Source: an uncultured virus (IMG/VR IMGVR_UViG_3300020379_000594) (Duplodnaviria > Heunggongvirae > Uroviricota > Caudoviricetes). From it: 20,000 nt of DNA. This document shows, in pieces, positions 1-8,548 of the stretch (position 1 is the first letter of the stretch; every line of letters begins with the position of its first letter). The notes beneath the pieces are model-generated. The model was given only the letters and a program-made list of their open reading frames with translations, was not told where the DNA came from and searched no databases. Both the position numbers and the translations under genes were made by a program. The DNA is taken from the IMG/VR virus record IMGVR_UViG_3300020379_000594, one strand, 5' to 3'.

Positions 1-2393
1 CTACAAAGAAAAGAAGTAAGTGGAAGACTCTTGACGGTCAACCTGTAGAACCAATCAAACCTGGCACAATCAAGGATTGTAGGGAGTTTATTGATAAGTA
101 TTCACAGGTAAAAAACTTCAATGTATATGGTAATGAGAGGTATGTGCATCAATATATCTCTGATAATTACCCAGAGAATGAGATCAAGTTTGATCTGAGC
201 AAAATTAATCTAGTAACTATTGACATCGAGGTTGCCGCAGAGAGTGGATTCCCCGATGTCTTTAATTGTGCAGAAGAATTACTTCTAATCACGGTACAAG
301 ATTACAATACTAAAAGAATTACTACCTTTGGATCGCGTCCATATAAGACCAATCCAAACAGAAAGAACTACTCTTACATTGACTGCCATAACGAGGAAGG
401 TCTGATCTATACATTCCTAGAGTGGTGGCAGAAACACACGCCTGAGGTCATTACAGGGTGGAACTGTGAACTGTATGATATCCCTTACCTTGTAGGTAGG
501 GTAGAACGTCTTATGGGTGAGAAGATGGCCAAGAAGTTCTCTCCTTGGGGCATTGTAAGAAAGAATGAAATCACAATAATGGGTCGGGCAAACATTGTCT
601 TTGATCTTGCAGGCATATCTGTAATTGATTACTTGGATCTATACAAAAAATCCCCTGCAACTTCAAACCAAGAGAGTTTCAAATTGGATCATATTGCTAT
701 GATGGAACTCGGTCAACAGAAGTTGGATCACAGTGAGTTTGACACATTCCGTGAGTTCTATACAAAGAACTGGCAGAAGTTTGTAGATTACAACATCGTT
801 GACGTGGAACTGGTTGACCGTCTTGAGGATAAACTCAAGTTGATTGATCTATGTTGCACTCGTGCCTATGACGCAAAGATCAACTTCACTGATGTTGCGT
901 TTCAAGTTCGCACATGGGATGCGATTATCTACAACTATCTCAAAAAGAAAAACATTGTGATCCCACAGAAGGATCGTAACAAGAAAGATGAGAAGTATGC
1001 TGGTGCGTATGTGAAAGAACCTAAGCCTGGTAAGTATGACTGGGTGGTATCTTTTGACTTGAACTCACTGTATCCGCATTTGATTATGCAATACAACATC
1101 TCCCCAGAAACACTACAGGAAAAGAAACATCCTAGTGCCACGGTGGATAAACTTCTCAATCAAGAGATTACTTTTGAGATGTACAAGGACTATGCAGTTT
1201 GTGCCAATGGTGCAATGTTTAGTAAGGACAAGAAAGGTTTTCTACCTGAGTTGATGGAGAAGATGTATAACGAACGTGTCATCTTCAAAAAGAGGATGAT
1301 CAAAGCAAAAAAAGCCTATGAAAAAACCCCTACTAAAGAACTTGAAAAGGAGATTGCGAGATGCAACAACGTCCAAATGTCCAAGAAGATTGCCCTCAAT
1401 AGTGCTTATGGTGCTATTGGTAATCAATATTTTCGCTATTACAAACTTGCGAACGCGGAGGCCATCACCTTATCTGGACAGGTATCAATCCGATGGATTG
1501 AGAATAAAATAAACCAGAAGATGAATACTATTTTAAAAACAAAAGATATCGATTATGTTATTGCTAGTGATACTGATTCTATTTACTTGCACATGGGTCC
1601 TTTGGTTGACCGTGTATACGAAGGGAGAGAGGCGGCTACTGAAAGCATTGTGTCGTTCCTTAACAAGGTGTGTGAAAAACAACTTGAGCCTTATATTGAA
1701 AGTTCTTACGAAGAATTGGCAGAGTACGTCAACGCCTACGATCAAAAGATGATCATGAAGCGGGAGAATATCGCTGATCGTGGTATTTGGACTGCAAAGA
1801 AAAGATATATTCTTAACGTATGGGATAGTGAGGGTGTAAGATATGAACAGGCAAAACTTAAGATCATGGGTATTGAAGCAATCAAAACTTCTACCCCTGC
1901 ACCATGTCGTAAGTTCTTGAAAGATGCCTTTAAACTTTTGATGTCTGGTACAGAAGATGAAGTGATTGATTATATTGAACAGTGTAGGGAGGAGTTCAAA
2001 TCATTATCGCCAGAGGAAGTTGCATTTCCTCGTAGTCTATCTAATGTGGAGAAATGGAAGTCATCCACAGACATGTATCATAAGGGATGTCCTATTCATG
2101 TTCGTGGTGCAATCTTATATAATCACTACACAAAGAAGAAAGAGTTGACCAATAAATATGCTGCTATTCAAAACGGTGAGAAGATCAAGTTCTGCTACCT
2201 AAAGACACCTAATTGGATGCACGAAAATGTTATATCTTTCATTCAAGATTTCCCTACGGAACTTGACCTAGATAAACATATTGACTACGAACTACAGTTC
2301 AATAAGTCGTTTATGGAACCTGTAAAGGTTATCCTTGATTGCATTGGTTGGGAGACCGAACGCAAGAACACACTTGAATCATTCTTCGCATGA
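1..2393 (+). CDS. gp43: T4-like family B DNA polymerase (gp43), 5' end outside the window
   Basis: The frame is open from nt 3 (TKKRSKWKTLDG...) into the tracked ORF. It has Exo I 'TIDIEV', Exo II 'GWNCELYDIPY', Pol motifs 'SFDLNSLYP', 'KIALNSAYG' and 'SDTDS', and a C-terminal clamp-binding-like 'TLESFF'. Confidence 0.98.
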   Translation, partial: TKKRSKWKTLDGQPVEPIKPGTIKDCREFIDKYSQVKNFNVYGNERYVHQYISDNYPENEIKFDLSKINLVTIDIEVAAESGFPDVFNCAEELLLITVQDYNTKRITTFGSRPYKTNPNRKNYSYIDCHNEEGLIYTFLEWWQKHTPEVITGWNCELYDIPYLVGRVERLMGEKMAKKFSPWGIVRKNEITIMGRANIVFDLAGISVIDYLDLYKKSPATSNQESFKLDHIAMMELGQQKLDHSEFDTFREFYTKNWQKFVDYNIVDVELVDRLEDKLKLIDLCCTRAYDAKINFTDVAFQVRTWDAIIYNYLKKKNIVIPQKDRNKKDEKYAGAYVKEPKPGKYDWVVSFDLNSLYPHLIMQYNISPETLQEKKHPSATVDKLLNQEITFEMYKDYAVCANGAMFSKDKKGFLPELMEKMYNERVIFKKRMIKAKKAYEKTPTKELEKEIARCNNVQMSKKIALNSAYGAIGNQYFRYYKLANAEAITLSGQVSIRWIENKINQKMNTILKTKDIDYVIASDTDSIYLHMGPLVDRVYEGREAATESIVSFLNKVCEKQLEPYIESSYEELAEYVNAYDQKMIMKRENIADRGIWTAKKRYILNVWDSEGVRYEQAKLKIMGIEAIKTSTPAPCRKFLKDAFKLLMSGTEDEVIDYIEQCREEFKSLSPEEVAFPRSLSNVEKWKSSTDMYHKGCPIHVRGAILYNHYTKKKELTNKYAAIQNGEKIKFCYLKTPNWMHENVISFIQDFPTELDLDKHIDYELQFNKSFMEPVKVILDCIGWETERKNTLESFFA

Positions 2394-2554
2394 CAAAATA
2401 CATAGTATGCTGGTCTGATGATGGACTATTTTCTGATAGACAGATGAAAGTCTTTGAATCAAGAGATCCAGCAAATTGGTTTGCACAAAGTATACAAAAG
2501 CAGTATAATGATGTTAAAGTATACTTAGCTAGAAAAGGAGAGTTTGATGACTAA
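2390..2554 (+). CDS. Small hypothetical protein, 54 aa (MTKYIVCWSDDGLFSDRQMKVFESRDPANWFAQSIQKQYNDVKVYLARKGEFDD)
   Basis: Translated by hand. ATGA overlap with the gp43 stop; it fills the gap exactly and its stop overlaps the next start. Confidence 0.75.
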   Translation: MTKYIVCWSDDGLFSDRQMKVFESRDPANWFAQSIQKQYNDVKVYLARKGEFDD

Positions 2555-3011
2555 GAAGAGAATACTTACTCTAGTCACAGGCGGTTTTGATCCTCTTCAT
2601 AGTGGCCACATTGCTTACTTCGAGCAAGCAAAAGATCTTACAAATTACCTAGTAGTGGGGTTGAACACGGAAGAATGGTTGACTAAGAAGAAAGGACAAT
2701 ACTTCATGTCATGGAAAGAACGTGCAGAGATCATTCGTCACTTGGATGTAGTTGATGCCGTGATTACAGTAGAGGATGATGAACATGGTTCCGCCTGTCA
2801 TGCAATCGAAAGATGTTTAGAGATCGCACAAACTGTTGTCTTTGCCAATGGAGGTGACCGTGGTAAAGGTAATACACCAGAGATGGATAAGTTTGGTGAT
2901 GATCCTAGAGTAGAGATGGAGTTTGGTGTGGGTGGAACGGATAAGAAAAATAGTAGTTCATGGTTGCTCCATAACTACTTTGAAAGACAAAGAAAAATAG
3001 TGGGGATCTAA
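2547..3011 (+). CDS. Cytidylyltransferase-like nucleotidyltransferase (TagD/RfaE-domain type, HIGH superfamily)
   Basis: Motifs 'VTGGFDPLHSGH' (HxGH), 'LVVGLN', 'ERAEII', 'FANGGDR' and a C-terminal 'KNSSS'. ATG at 2547 follows AAGGAG. Confidence 0.9.
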   Translation: MTKKRILTLVTGGFDPLHSGHIAYFEQAKDLTNYLVVGLNTEEWLTKKKGQYFMSWKERAEIIRHLDVVDAVITVEDDEHGSACHAIERCLEIAQTVVFANGGDRGKGNTPEMDKFGDDPRVEMEFGVGGTDKKNSSSWLLHNYFERQRKIVGI

Positions 3012-3094
3012 TGAACAACATAGGATTAGAAGTTGTATTCTGGACAATATTGTCAGTATATCTTCTTGCTAAATTTGGAGTCTTTAAGAAATGA
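3011..3094 (+). CDS. 27-aa single-pass membrane peptide (MNNIGLEVVFWTILSVYLLAKFGVFKK)
   Basis: Translated by hand. TAATG coupling upstream and ATGA coupling downstream; hydrophobic core with a basic C-terminus. Confidence 0.65.
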   Translation: MNNIGLEVVFWTILSVYLLAKFGVFKK

Positions 3095-3249
3095 ATTGTT
3101 GGCATTGCAATACTGAACTAATATGGGGTTCAGACTTTGACGCTGAAGATTACCATTGTGAAGATGAGTATTCTATAGTGACTAATCTTTCATGCCCTAA
3201 GTGTGAATCATTCGTTCAAGTGTTTTATCCAAACAAACATGACAAGTGA
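3091..3249 (+). CDS. 52-aa zinc-ribbon-like protein (CWHC...CPKC)
   Basis: Translated by hand: MNCWHCNTELIWGSDFDAEDYHCEDEYSIVTNLSCPKCESFVQVFYPNKHDK. Two CxxC pairs; ATGA-coupled start. Confidence 0.75.
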   Translation: MNCWHCNTELIWGSDFDAEDYHCEDEYSIVTNLSCPKCESFVQVFYPNKHDK

Positions 3250-3901
3250 AGTATCATGGGAAGCGTTTCAATTACCTAACCTTCCGATATATAAAACTAA
3301 ACTTAGTGAAGATTGGATGTCTTATCTTTGGTCTGTTGTAAAACAGGCGGAGAAAGATAATGTCAATAATAGTAACGATTACAGTTACAGACTTGCTGGT
3401 AATATAACTGGCAGTTTGGGATTGAAAGACCCTGATAACAAATTCAGAGATCAAGTTGTAGGTCCTCTAACACAAAGGTTGATAGATGAAGACCCAAAGC
3501 ATTACTTTCCTCCCATAGATATTGACCCAAAGTTGGATCACAAACTTACAACAGAGTTCAGATTAAATTGGTGGGTAAACTATCAATATCAAACTGAGTT
3601 CAATCCCGAACACGGTCATACAGGCATCACATCATTTGTGATCTGGATGAAGATCCCAACAGATTATGTGGAACAACACAATCTGCCATTTCATTCAAAA
3701 GCCGCATCAGACTTTCAGTTTACCTATACTGATGTTCTAGGAAACACTATTGAGTTTCCTATCTTCATGAGTCCAGAAATGGAAGGTGCTATGATGTTAT
3801 TCCCATCTAATCTACATCATCAAGTGTATCCATTTTATAACACAGATGAACCAAGAATATCAATCGCTGGTAATTTATTGTGGTCTGTGGTAGAATTATA
3901 A
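3239..3901 (+). CDS. Putative 2OG-Fe(II) oxygenase (cyanophage HxH type)
   Basis: Double-stranded beta-helix motifs 'WVNYQ...EFNPEHGHTG..SFVIW', 'LFPSNLHHQVYPF' and 'RISIAGN'. ATG at 3239 is preferred over GTG at 3203. Confidence 0.82.
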   Translation: MTSEVSWEAFQLPNLPIYKTKLSEDWMSYLWSVVKQAEKDNVNNSNDYSYRLAGNITGSLGLKDPDNKFRDQVVGPLTQRLIDEDPKHYFPPIDIDPKLDHKLTTEFRLNWWVNYQYQTEFNPEHGHTGITSFVIWMKIPTDYVEQHNLPFHSKAASDFQFTYTDVLGNTIEFPIFMSPEMEGAMMLFPSNLHHQVYPFYNTDEPRISIAGNLLWSVVEL

Positions 3902-3916
3902 CAGAAGTAAATCATT

Positions 3917-4918
3917 ATGGATTTTTTAAAAGAAATTGTAAAAGAGATTGGAGATGAGTACACCCAACTTGCCTCCGAGGCAGAATCGACTGAAGAATTT
4001 ATTGACACAGGTTCGTACATTTTTAACGGACTCGTATCAGGTAGTATATTTGGTGGTGTATCTAGGAACAAGATTACTGCTATTGCTGGGGAGTCTTCTA
4101 CTGGAAAAACTTTCTTCAGCCTCGCTGTCGTTAAAAATTTCCTTGACAATAACCCTGATGGGTATTGTTTATATTTTGACACTGAAGCTGCTGTCAATAG
4201 GGGACTACTTGAGTCTAGAGGAATTGATCTCCAAAGGCTCGTTGTTGTCAATGTGGTAACGATTGAAGAGTTTAGATCAAAGGCACTCAAAGCAGTAGAT
4301 ATATACCTTAAGACAGATGAAGAGAATCGCAAACCATGTATGTTTGTATTGGATTCTCTAGGCATGCTTTCTACTGAGAAAGAGATTCGTGATGCGTTAG
4401 ATGATAAACAAGTAAGAGATATGACTAAATCTCAACTTGTCAAAGGTGCATTTAGAATGTTGACTCTTAAACTTGGTCAAGCAAACATTCCACTAATCGT
4501 TACCAATCATACCTATGATGTTATCGGATCATACGTTCCCACCAAAGAGATGGGCGGAGGCAGCGGCCTCAAGTATGCGGCAAGCACAATCATTTATCTC
4601 AGAAAAGCTAAGGAAAAGGAAGGAACGGAAGTCGTTGGAAATATTATTAAAGCTAAGACACACAAGTCGCGTCTGAGTAAAGAAAACAAGGAAGTATCCA
4701 TAAGGTTATACTATGATGAACGTGGTTTGGATAGATATTATGGACTACTCGAACTAGGAGAACTTGGCGGACTCTGGAAAAATGTTGCTGGAAGATACGA
4801 AATCGACGGCAAGAAAGTCTACGCAAAGAAAATACTGGCTTCCCCCGAAGAATATTTTACTGACGAAGTTATGGCAAAGTTGGAGGAGATTGCAGGGGAG
4901 ACGTTCAGCTATGGATAA
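3917..4918 (+). CDS. uvsX: UvsX RecA-like recombinase
   Basis: Walker A 'GESSTGKT', 'YFDTE', Walker B 'FVLDSLG', 'VTNHTY' and 'MGGGSGLKYAAS'. Lies between gp43 and gp41. Confidence 0.96.
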   Translation: MDFLKEIVKEIGDEYTQLASEAESTEEFIDTGSYIFNGLVSGSIFGGVSRNKITAIAGESSTGKTFFSLAVVKNFLDNNPDGYCLYFDTEAAVNRGLLESRGIDLQRLVVVNVVTIEEFRSKALKAVDIYLKTDEENRKPCMFVLDSLGMLSTEKEIRDALDDKQVRDMTKSQLVKGAFRMLTLKLGQANIPLIVTNHTYDVIGSYVPTKEMGGGSGLKYAASTIIYLRKAKEKEGTEVVGNIIKAKTHKSRLSKENKEVSIRLYYDERGLDRYYGLLELGELGGLWKNVAGRYEIDGKKVYAKKILASPEEYFTDEVMAKLEEIAGETFSYG

Positions 4919-5453
4919 ATTCATCAAGACCTATGAGGTTTTTGATGAATCATTATGCAAATCTATCATAGAAATATACGAAAACTGTGAGAAAAAACAG
5001 AGAGTAGAGAATGGTGGAGTGCCTGATTTTACTCAGGTAAATTTAAACACGGCTGGTAAGTTTGATAAGTTTGTACAACTATTGTGTTATAAAACTGTAG
5101 ATGTAATAAAACAATATAAGAAAGATCTACCAGAATATGTGGAGTGGTTTCCTGATAGATTTTTCTTTGAAGAATTTAGAATCAAAAAGTATGATCCAGG
5201 CGATGACCAGTTTGGATTACATACTGATGTTCAAGATCATATGAGTGCAAAGAGATATCTTGCTTTTCTCTTTTATCTTAATGACGATTTTGTAGGAGGA
5301 GAGACTGATTTTCCTTACAATGAATTGACAGTTTCGCCTGAAACTGGTAAAGTGTTAGTATTCCCACCCACATGGCAATATCCACACAGAGGATATCCTG
5401 TCAAGGGCGGATCACCAAAGTACATCATGAGTACATATCTTCATTATCAATGA
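4911..5453 (+). CDS. 2OG-Fe(II) oxygenase, prolyl-4-hydroxylase-like
   Basis: HxD motif 'FGLHTDV', 'FLFYLND..GGETDF', 'VFPPTWQYPHRG' and 'KYIMSTY'. The likely start is ATG 4911, after GGGGAG. Confidence 0.9.
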   Translation: MDKFIKTYEVFDESLCKSIIEIYENCEKKQRVENGGVPDFTQVNLNTAGKFDKFVQLLCYKTVDVIKQYKKDLPEYVEWFPDRFFFEEFRIKKYDPGDDQFGLHTDVQDHMSAKRYLAFLFYLNDDFVGGETDFPYNELTVSPETGKVLVFPPTWQYPHRGYPVKGGSPKYIMSTYLHYQ

Positions 5454-6832
5454 TTGAAACTATTGAAAATACGATCATCAAGAATCTCATATTTAATGAG
5501 GATTATACTAGGAAGGTATTGCCTTTTCTGAAACCTGATTACTTTGATAAGACAACAGACAAGATTATATTTGAAGAGTGTGCAAGGTTCATTGTAGACT
5601 ATGACAAGTGCCCTACTGTAGAGATCCTCTCCATTGAATGTGAGAAGAGAAAAGATATCAATGATGATACCTACAAAGAAATTTTAGATTGCCTGAATCA
5701 GACAAGTAAAGAAGATGCAGTAGATGATTGGTTGATAGATACTACAGAGAAGTGGTGTAAAGAAAGAGCAATCTATCTTGCACTGGTCGAGAGTATCTCT
5801 ATTGCAGATGGTCATGACATCAAGAAAGGTGTTGATGCTATCCCTGCTATCCTATCAGATGCACTTGCTGTTGGGTTTGATAACCATGTTGGACACGATT
5901 ACCTAGAAGATTATGAGGAGAGATTTGACTTCTACCACAAGAAGGAAGATAGAATCGAGTTTGACCTCGAATTTTTCAACAAGATTACAAAGGGTGGCCT
6001 TCCAAATAAAACACTCAATATTGCTCTCGCTGGCACTGGTGTTGGTAAGTCTTTGTTTATGTGTCATGTCGCAAGCAGTGTGTTACTCCAAGGCAAGAAC
6101 GTATTATACATCACGCTTGAGATGGCTGAGGAGAAGATTGCTGAAAGAATTGATGCTAATCTTTTAAACATACCTGTACAACAGTTGACAGAGATTCCTC
6201 GTCAGATGTTTGAAACTAAGGTTACTAAATTGTCAGAAAAGACTCAAGGTAATCTTATCATCAAAGAGTATCCTACCGCTGCTGCACACTCAGGACATTT
6301 CAAAGGTTTGTTGAATGAACTTGCACTTAAAAAGTCTTTCAAACCTGACATTATCTTCATTGATTACTTAAATATATGTGCATCATCACGTTATAGGGCT
6401 GGTTCTAATGTCAACTCATACTCCTACATCAAAGCAATCGCTGAAGAACTTAGAGGCCTTGCAGTCGAAACAGATGTTCCCATCGTATCCGCAACTCAAA
6501 CCACTCGTAGTGGGTATAGTAACAGTGACGTTGATCTTACAGATACCTCTGAGTCATTCGGTCTTCCCGCTACTGCCGACCTTATGTTTGCTCTTATTTC
6601 TACGGAGGAATTAGAGGAAGTAAATCAAATCATGGTCAAACAGTTGAAGAATAGATACAATGATATCAATATGAATAAGAGATTTGTTATTGGTATTGAT
6701 CGTTCAAAAATGAAACTATTTGATTGTGACCAGAGTGCTCAGGATGATATAGTTGACAGTGGACAGGATGAGGAGTATAATAATGATGAATCTAAAAAGA
6801 TTAAAGACAAGTTCGCAACGTTGAAATTCTAA
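5450..6832 (+). CDS. gp41: T4-like replicative DNA helicase (gp41, DnaB family)
   Basis: Walker A 'AGTGVGKS', 'YITLEMAEE', 'IIKEYPT', 'IFIDYLNI', 'SATQTTR' and 'KQLKNRY'. ATGA-coupled start at 5450. Confidence 0.97.
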   Translation: MIETIENTIIKNLIFNEDYTRKVLPFLKPDYFDKTTDKIIFEECARFIVDYDKCPTVEILSIECEKRKDINDDTYKEILDCLNQTSKEDAVDDWLIDTTEKWCKERAIYLALVESISIADGHDIKKGVDAIPAILSDALAVGFDNHVGHDYLEDYEERFDFYHKKEDRIEFDLEFFNKITKGGLPNKTLNIALAGTGVGKSLFMCHVASSVLLQGKNVLYITLEMAEEKIAERIDANLLNIPVQQLTEIPRQMFETKVTKLSEKTQGNLIIKEYPTAAAHSGHFKGLLNELALKKSFKPDIIFIDYLNICASSRYRAGSNVNSYSYIKAIAEELRGLAVETDVPIVSATQTTRSGYSNSDVDLTDTSESFGLPATADLMFALISTEELEEVNQIMVKQLKNRYNDINMNKRFVIGIDRSKMKLFDCDQSAQDDIVDSGQDEEYNNDESKKIKDKFATLKF

Positions 6833-7236
6833 TGACTATTGATTTTAAAAGGTACGAGACATTCGTAGATGCCGTAACCTCTGACGCTTCCAAAGACTTT
6901 GTTAATCTCGCTGACCGTATGGTTGAGTTGGATGGACAGGGTGCGAACATTGAAAGACTTTTGACTGCTGCAGTAGGTATGTCTGCTGAAGCGGGTGAGT
7001 TCACTGAGATTGTAAAGAAGATGGTGTTTCAAGGAAAGCCTTGGAATGGTGCAAACAAACATCATCTTGTAACAGAACTAGGTGATATCATGTGGTATGT
7101 TGCAAACGCTTGTATGGCTTTGGACATTTCATTTGATGATGTAATTGCAACCAATGTTAAGAAACTGGAAAAGAGATACCCAGGCGGTAGTTTTGATGTA
7201 TTCTATTCTGAGAATAGACAGGAGGGAGACCTCTAA
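6832..7236 (+). CDS. mazG: MazG-like nucleoside triphosphate pyrophosphohydrolase
   Basis: ExxE...ExxD motifs 'AEAGEFTEIVKK' and 'ELGDIMWY', plus 'NVKKLEKRYP'. This is its usual position after gp41 in cyanomyophages. Confidence 0.93.
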   Translation: MTIDFKRYETFVDAVTSDASKDFVNLADRMVELDGQGANIERLLTAAVGMSAEAGEFTEIVKKMVFQGKPWNGANKHHLVTELGDIMWYVANACMALDISFDDVIATNVKKLEKRYPGGSFDVFYSENRQEGDL

Positions 7237-7239
7237 ATA
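7234..7239 (+). promoter_or_regulatory. T4-like late promoter core TAAATA
   Basis: CTAAATAG overlaps the mazG stop, 13 nt upstream of ATG 7253. Confidence 0.55.
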
Positions 7240-7252
7240 GTATCAAAAACTC

Positions 7253-8512
7253 ATGGCTAGAACTGCTGAAGAAGTATTACAACTAAATCAGATCTTACAA
7301 GAGATTAATATTCCTGATAGGGATGTTGAAGTAAAAGGTGCAACTTCTAAACAAGTCACTTATGTTGTGAAATCTGATGACAGAGATAAAACTAAATCAG
7401 ATGTAGAAGGACTTCTATCAAGACTAGGCAGAGTTTATAACGAACAGAAATCTATTAGTTCCGTTCCTGTATCCTGTGTAAGGATGAGTGACGGAACTAT
7501 TTTGACGTTTATATACAAGCCCAGAAAGGGTGGTATGTCAATGACAACGTTGAACTCTTCCATGACGGAACTGTTTCCATGTATTGCTTTCATGAATAAT
7601 ATCAGTCCCAATCTATCAGTAAAGGATTTTTATCAAGCAATTAGAAAAGCAAACAATCCTAGTGCTGCATACTACCTGACATCACAGGACGCAGCTGCTG
7701 GAAAGAAGTTTATAGATCAGGCAGAGAACGGATCATTTCAAACAAAAGTAACAAACGCAAAGAATATAACAAAATGGTTGAGATCTCATAGTGCAAAACA
7801 TCCTATTGCACAATGTTACTGGGGATACAGAGCAAAACCAAGTGGTGTAGAGGGAAGTCATCCAGGCGATATTTTTGTTCAGTATAGAAATGGTGGTATG
7901 TTAGGTATCAGTTTGAAGGCTGGAACCGCAAAATCTGCCGAACCTAAGTTGAACACATATGTAAAACCAATATTTGATTTCTTTGGTGAACAGACTGCTT
8001 ACAATGCAATCAAAGATAAACTATGGCCAAACTATGAATCTATAGAGGGTATTGATAAGTCTGACTATGCTTTCTGGGGAACATCAAAATTGGCACTAAA
8101 GACTTTTCAATTTGAACAGGAGAATGAGGCTGAGTATAATAGACTATATGATTCTAATTTAAGTATTGTACGACAAGAGATAATCAATCTTTTCAATAGT
8201 AATTTTACTATGGCAAAAAAATATATTACTCAAAAGATTGCATACTCAGGGTTTAAAACTCCAGCAATAACAGTAAAGGCTACAGAAACTGATGCGAGTT
8301 TAGATAATACTAATGAAAAATTATCTGCTGCCTTATCTGCGGTGACAAGTGTAAGGGCACAAGCGGGTAGTGGTAAACAAGATTTCAATATTGTATTGAG
8401 TGATGGTTCAGTCATGTCAATGGCTTTCACCACTAGGACTAACAAGGTAGGTGCAATGCACAAGATGGGACAATTCCAGAACCTTGCTGTCAAATTTAAC
8501 AAAATTTCTTAA
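7253..8512 (+). CDS. Hypothetical 419-aa protein, possible PD-(D/E)xK restriction-like nuclease
   Basis: Long ORF filling the gap. 'HPGDIFVQYRNGGMLGISLKAG' resembles a D...(S)xK nuclease core. The CDS is secure; the function is tentative. Confidence 0.55.
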   Translation: MARTAEEVLQLNQILQEINIPDRDVEVKGATSKQVTYVVKSDDRDKTKSDVEGLLSRLGRVYNEQKSISSVPVSCVRMSDGTILTFIYKPRKGGMSMTTLNSSMTELFPCIAFMNNISPNLSVKDFYQAIRKANNPSAAYYLTSQDAAAGKKFIDQAENGSFQTKVTNAKNITKWLRSHSAKHPIAQCYWGYRAKPSGVEGSHPGDIFVQYRNGGMLGISLKAGTAKSAEPKLNTYVKPIFDFFGEQTAYNAIKDKLWPNYESIEGIDKSDYAFWGTSKLALKTFQFEQENEAEYNRLYDSNLSIVRQEIINLFNSNFTMAKKYITQKIAYSGFKTPAITVKATETDASLDNTNEKLSAALSAVTSVRAQAGSGKQDFNIVLSDGSVMSMAFTTRTNKVGAMHKMGQFQNLAVKFNKIS

Positions 8513-8517
8513 TGGAA

Positions 8518-8523
8518 TAAATA
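8518..8523 (+). promoter_or_regulatory. T4-like late promoter (AATAAATA)
   Basis: NATAAATA in the intergenic gap upstream of 8549. Confidence 0.65.
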
Positions 8524-8548
8524 AAACTGTACTCGTCTATTGAATTTT

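Noticed and set aside
3835..4365. 176-aa minus-strand ORF
   Set aside because: Antisense shadow of uvsX with no motifs; every credible gene here is on the + strand.
4764..5449. Extended N-termini of the tracked ORFs starting at 4764 and 5372
   Set aside because: They overlap upstream genes deeply; the coupled ATGs at 4911 and 5450 are more plausible.
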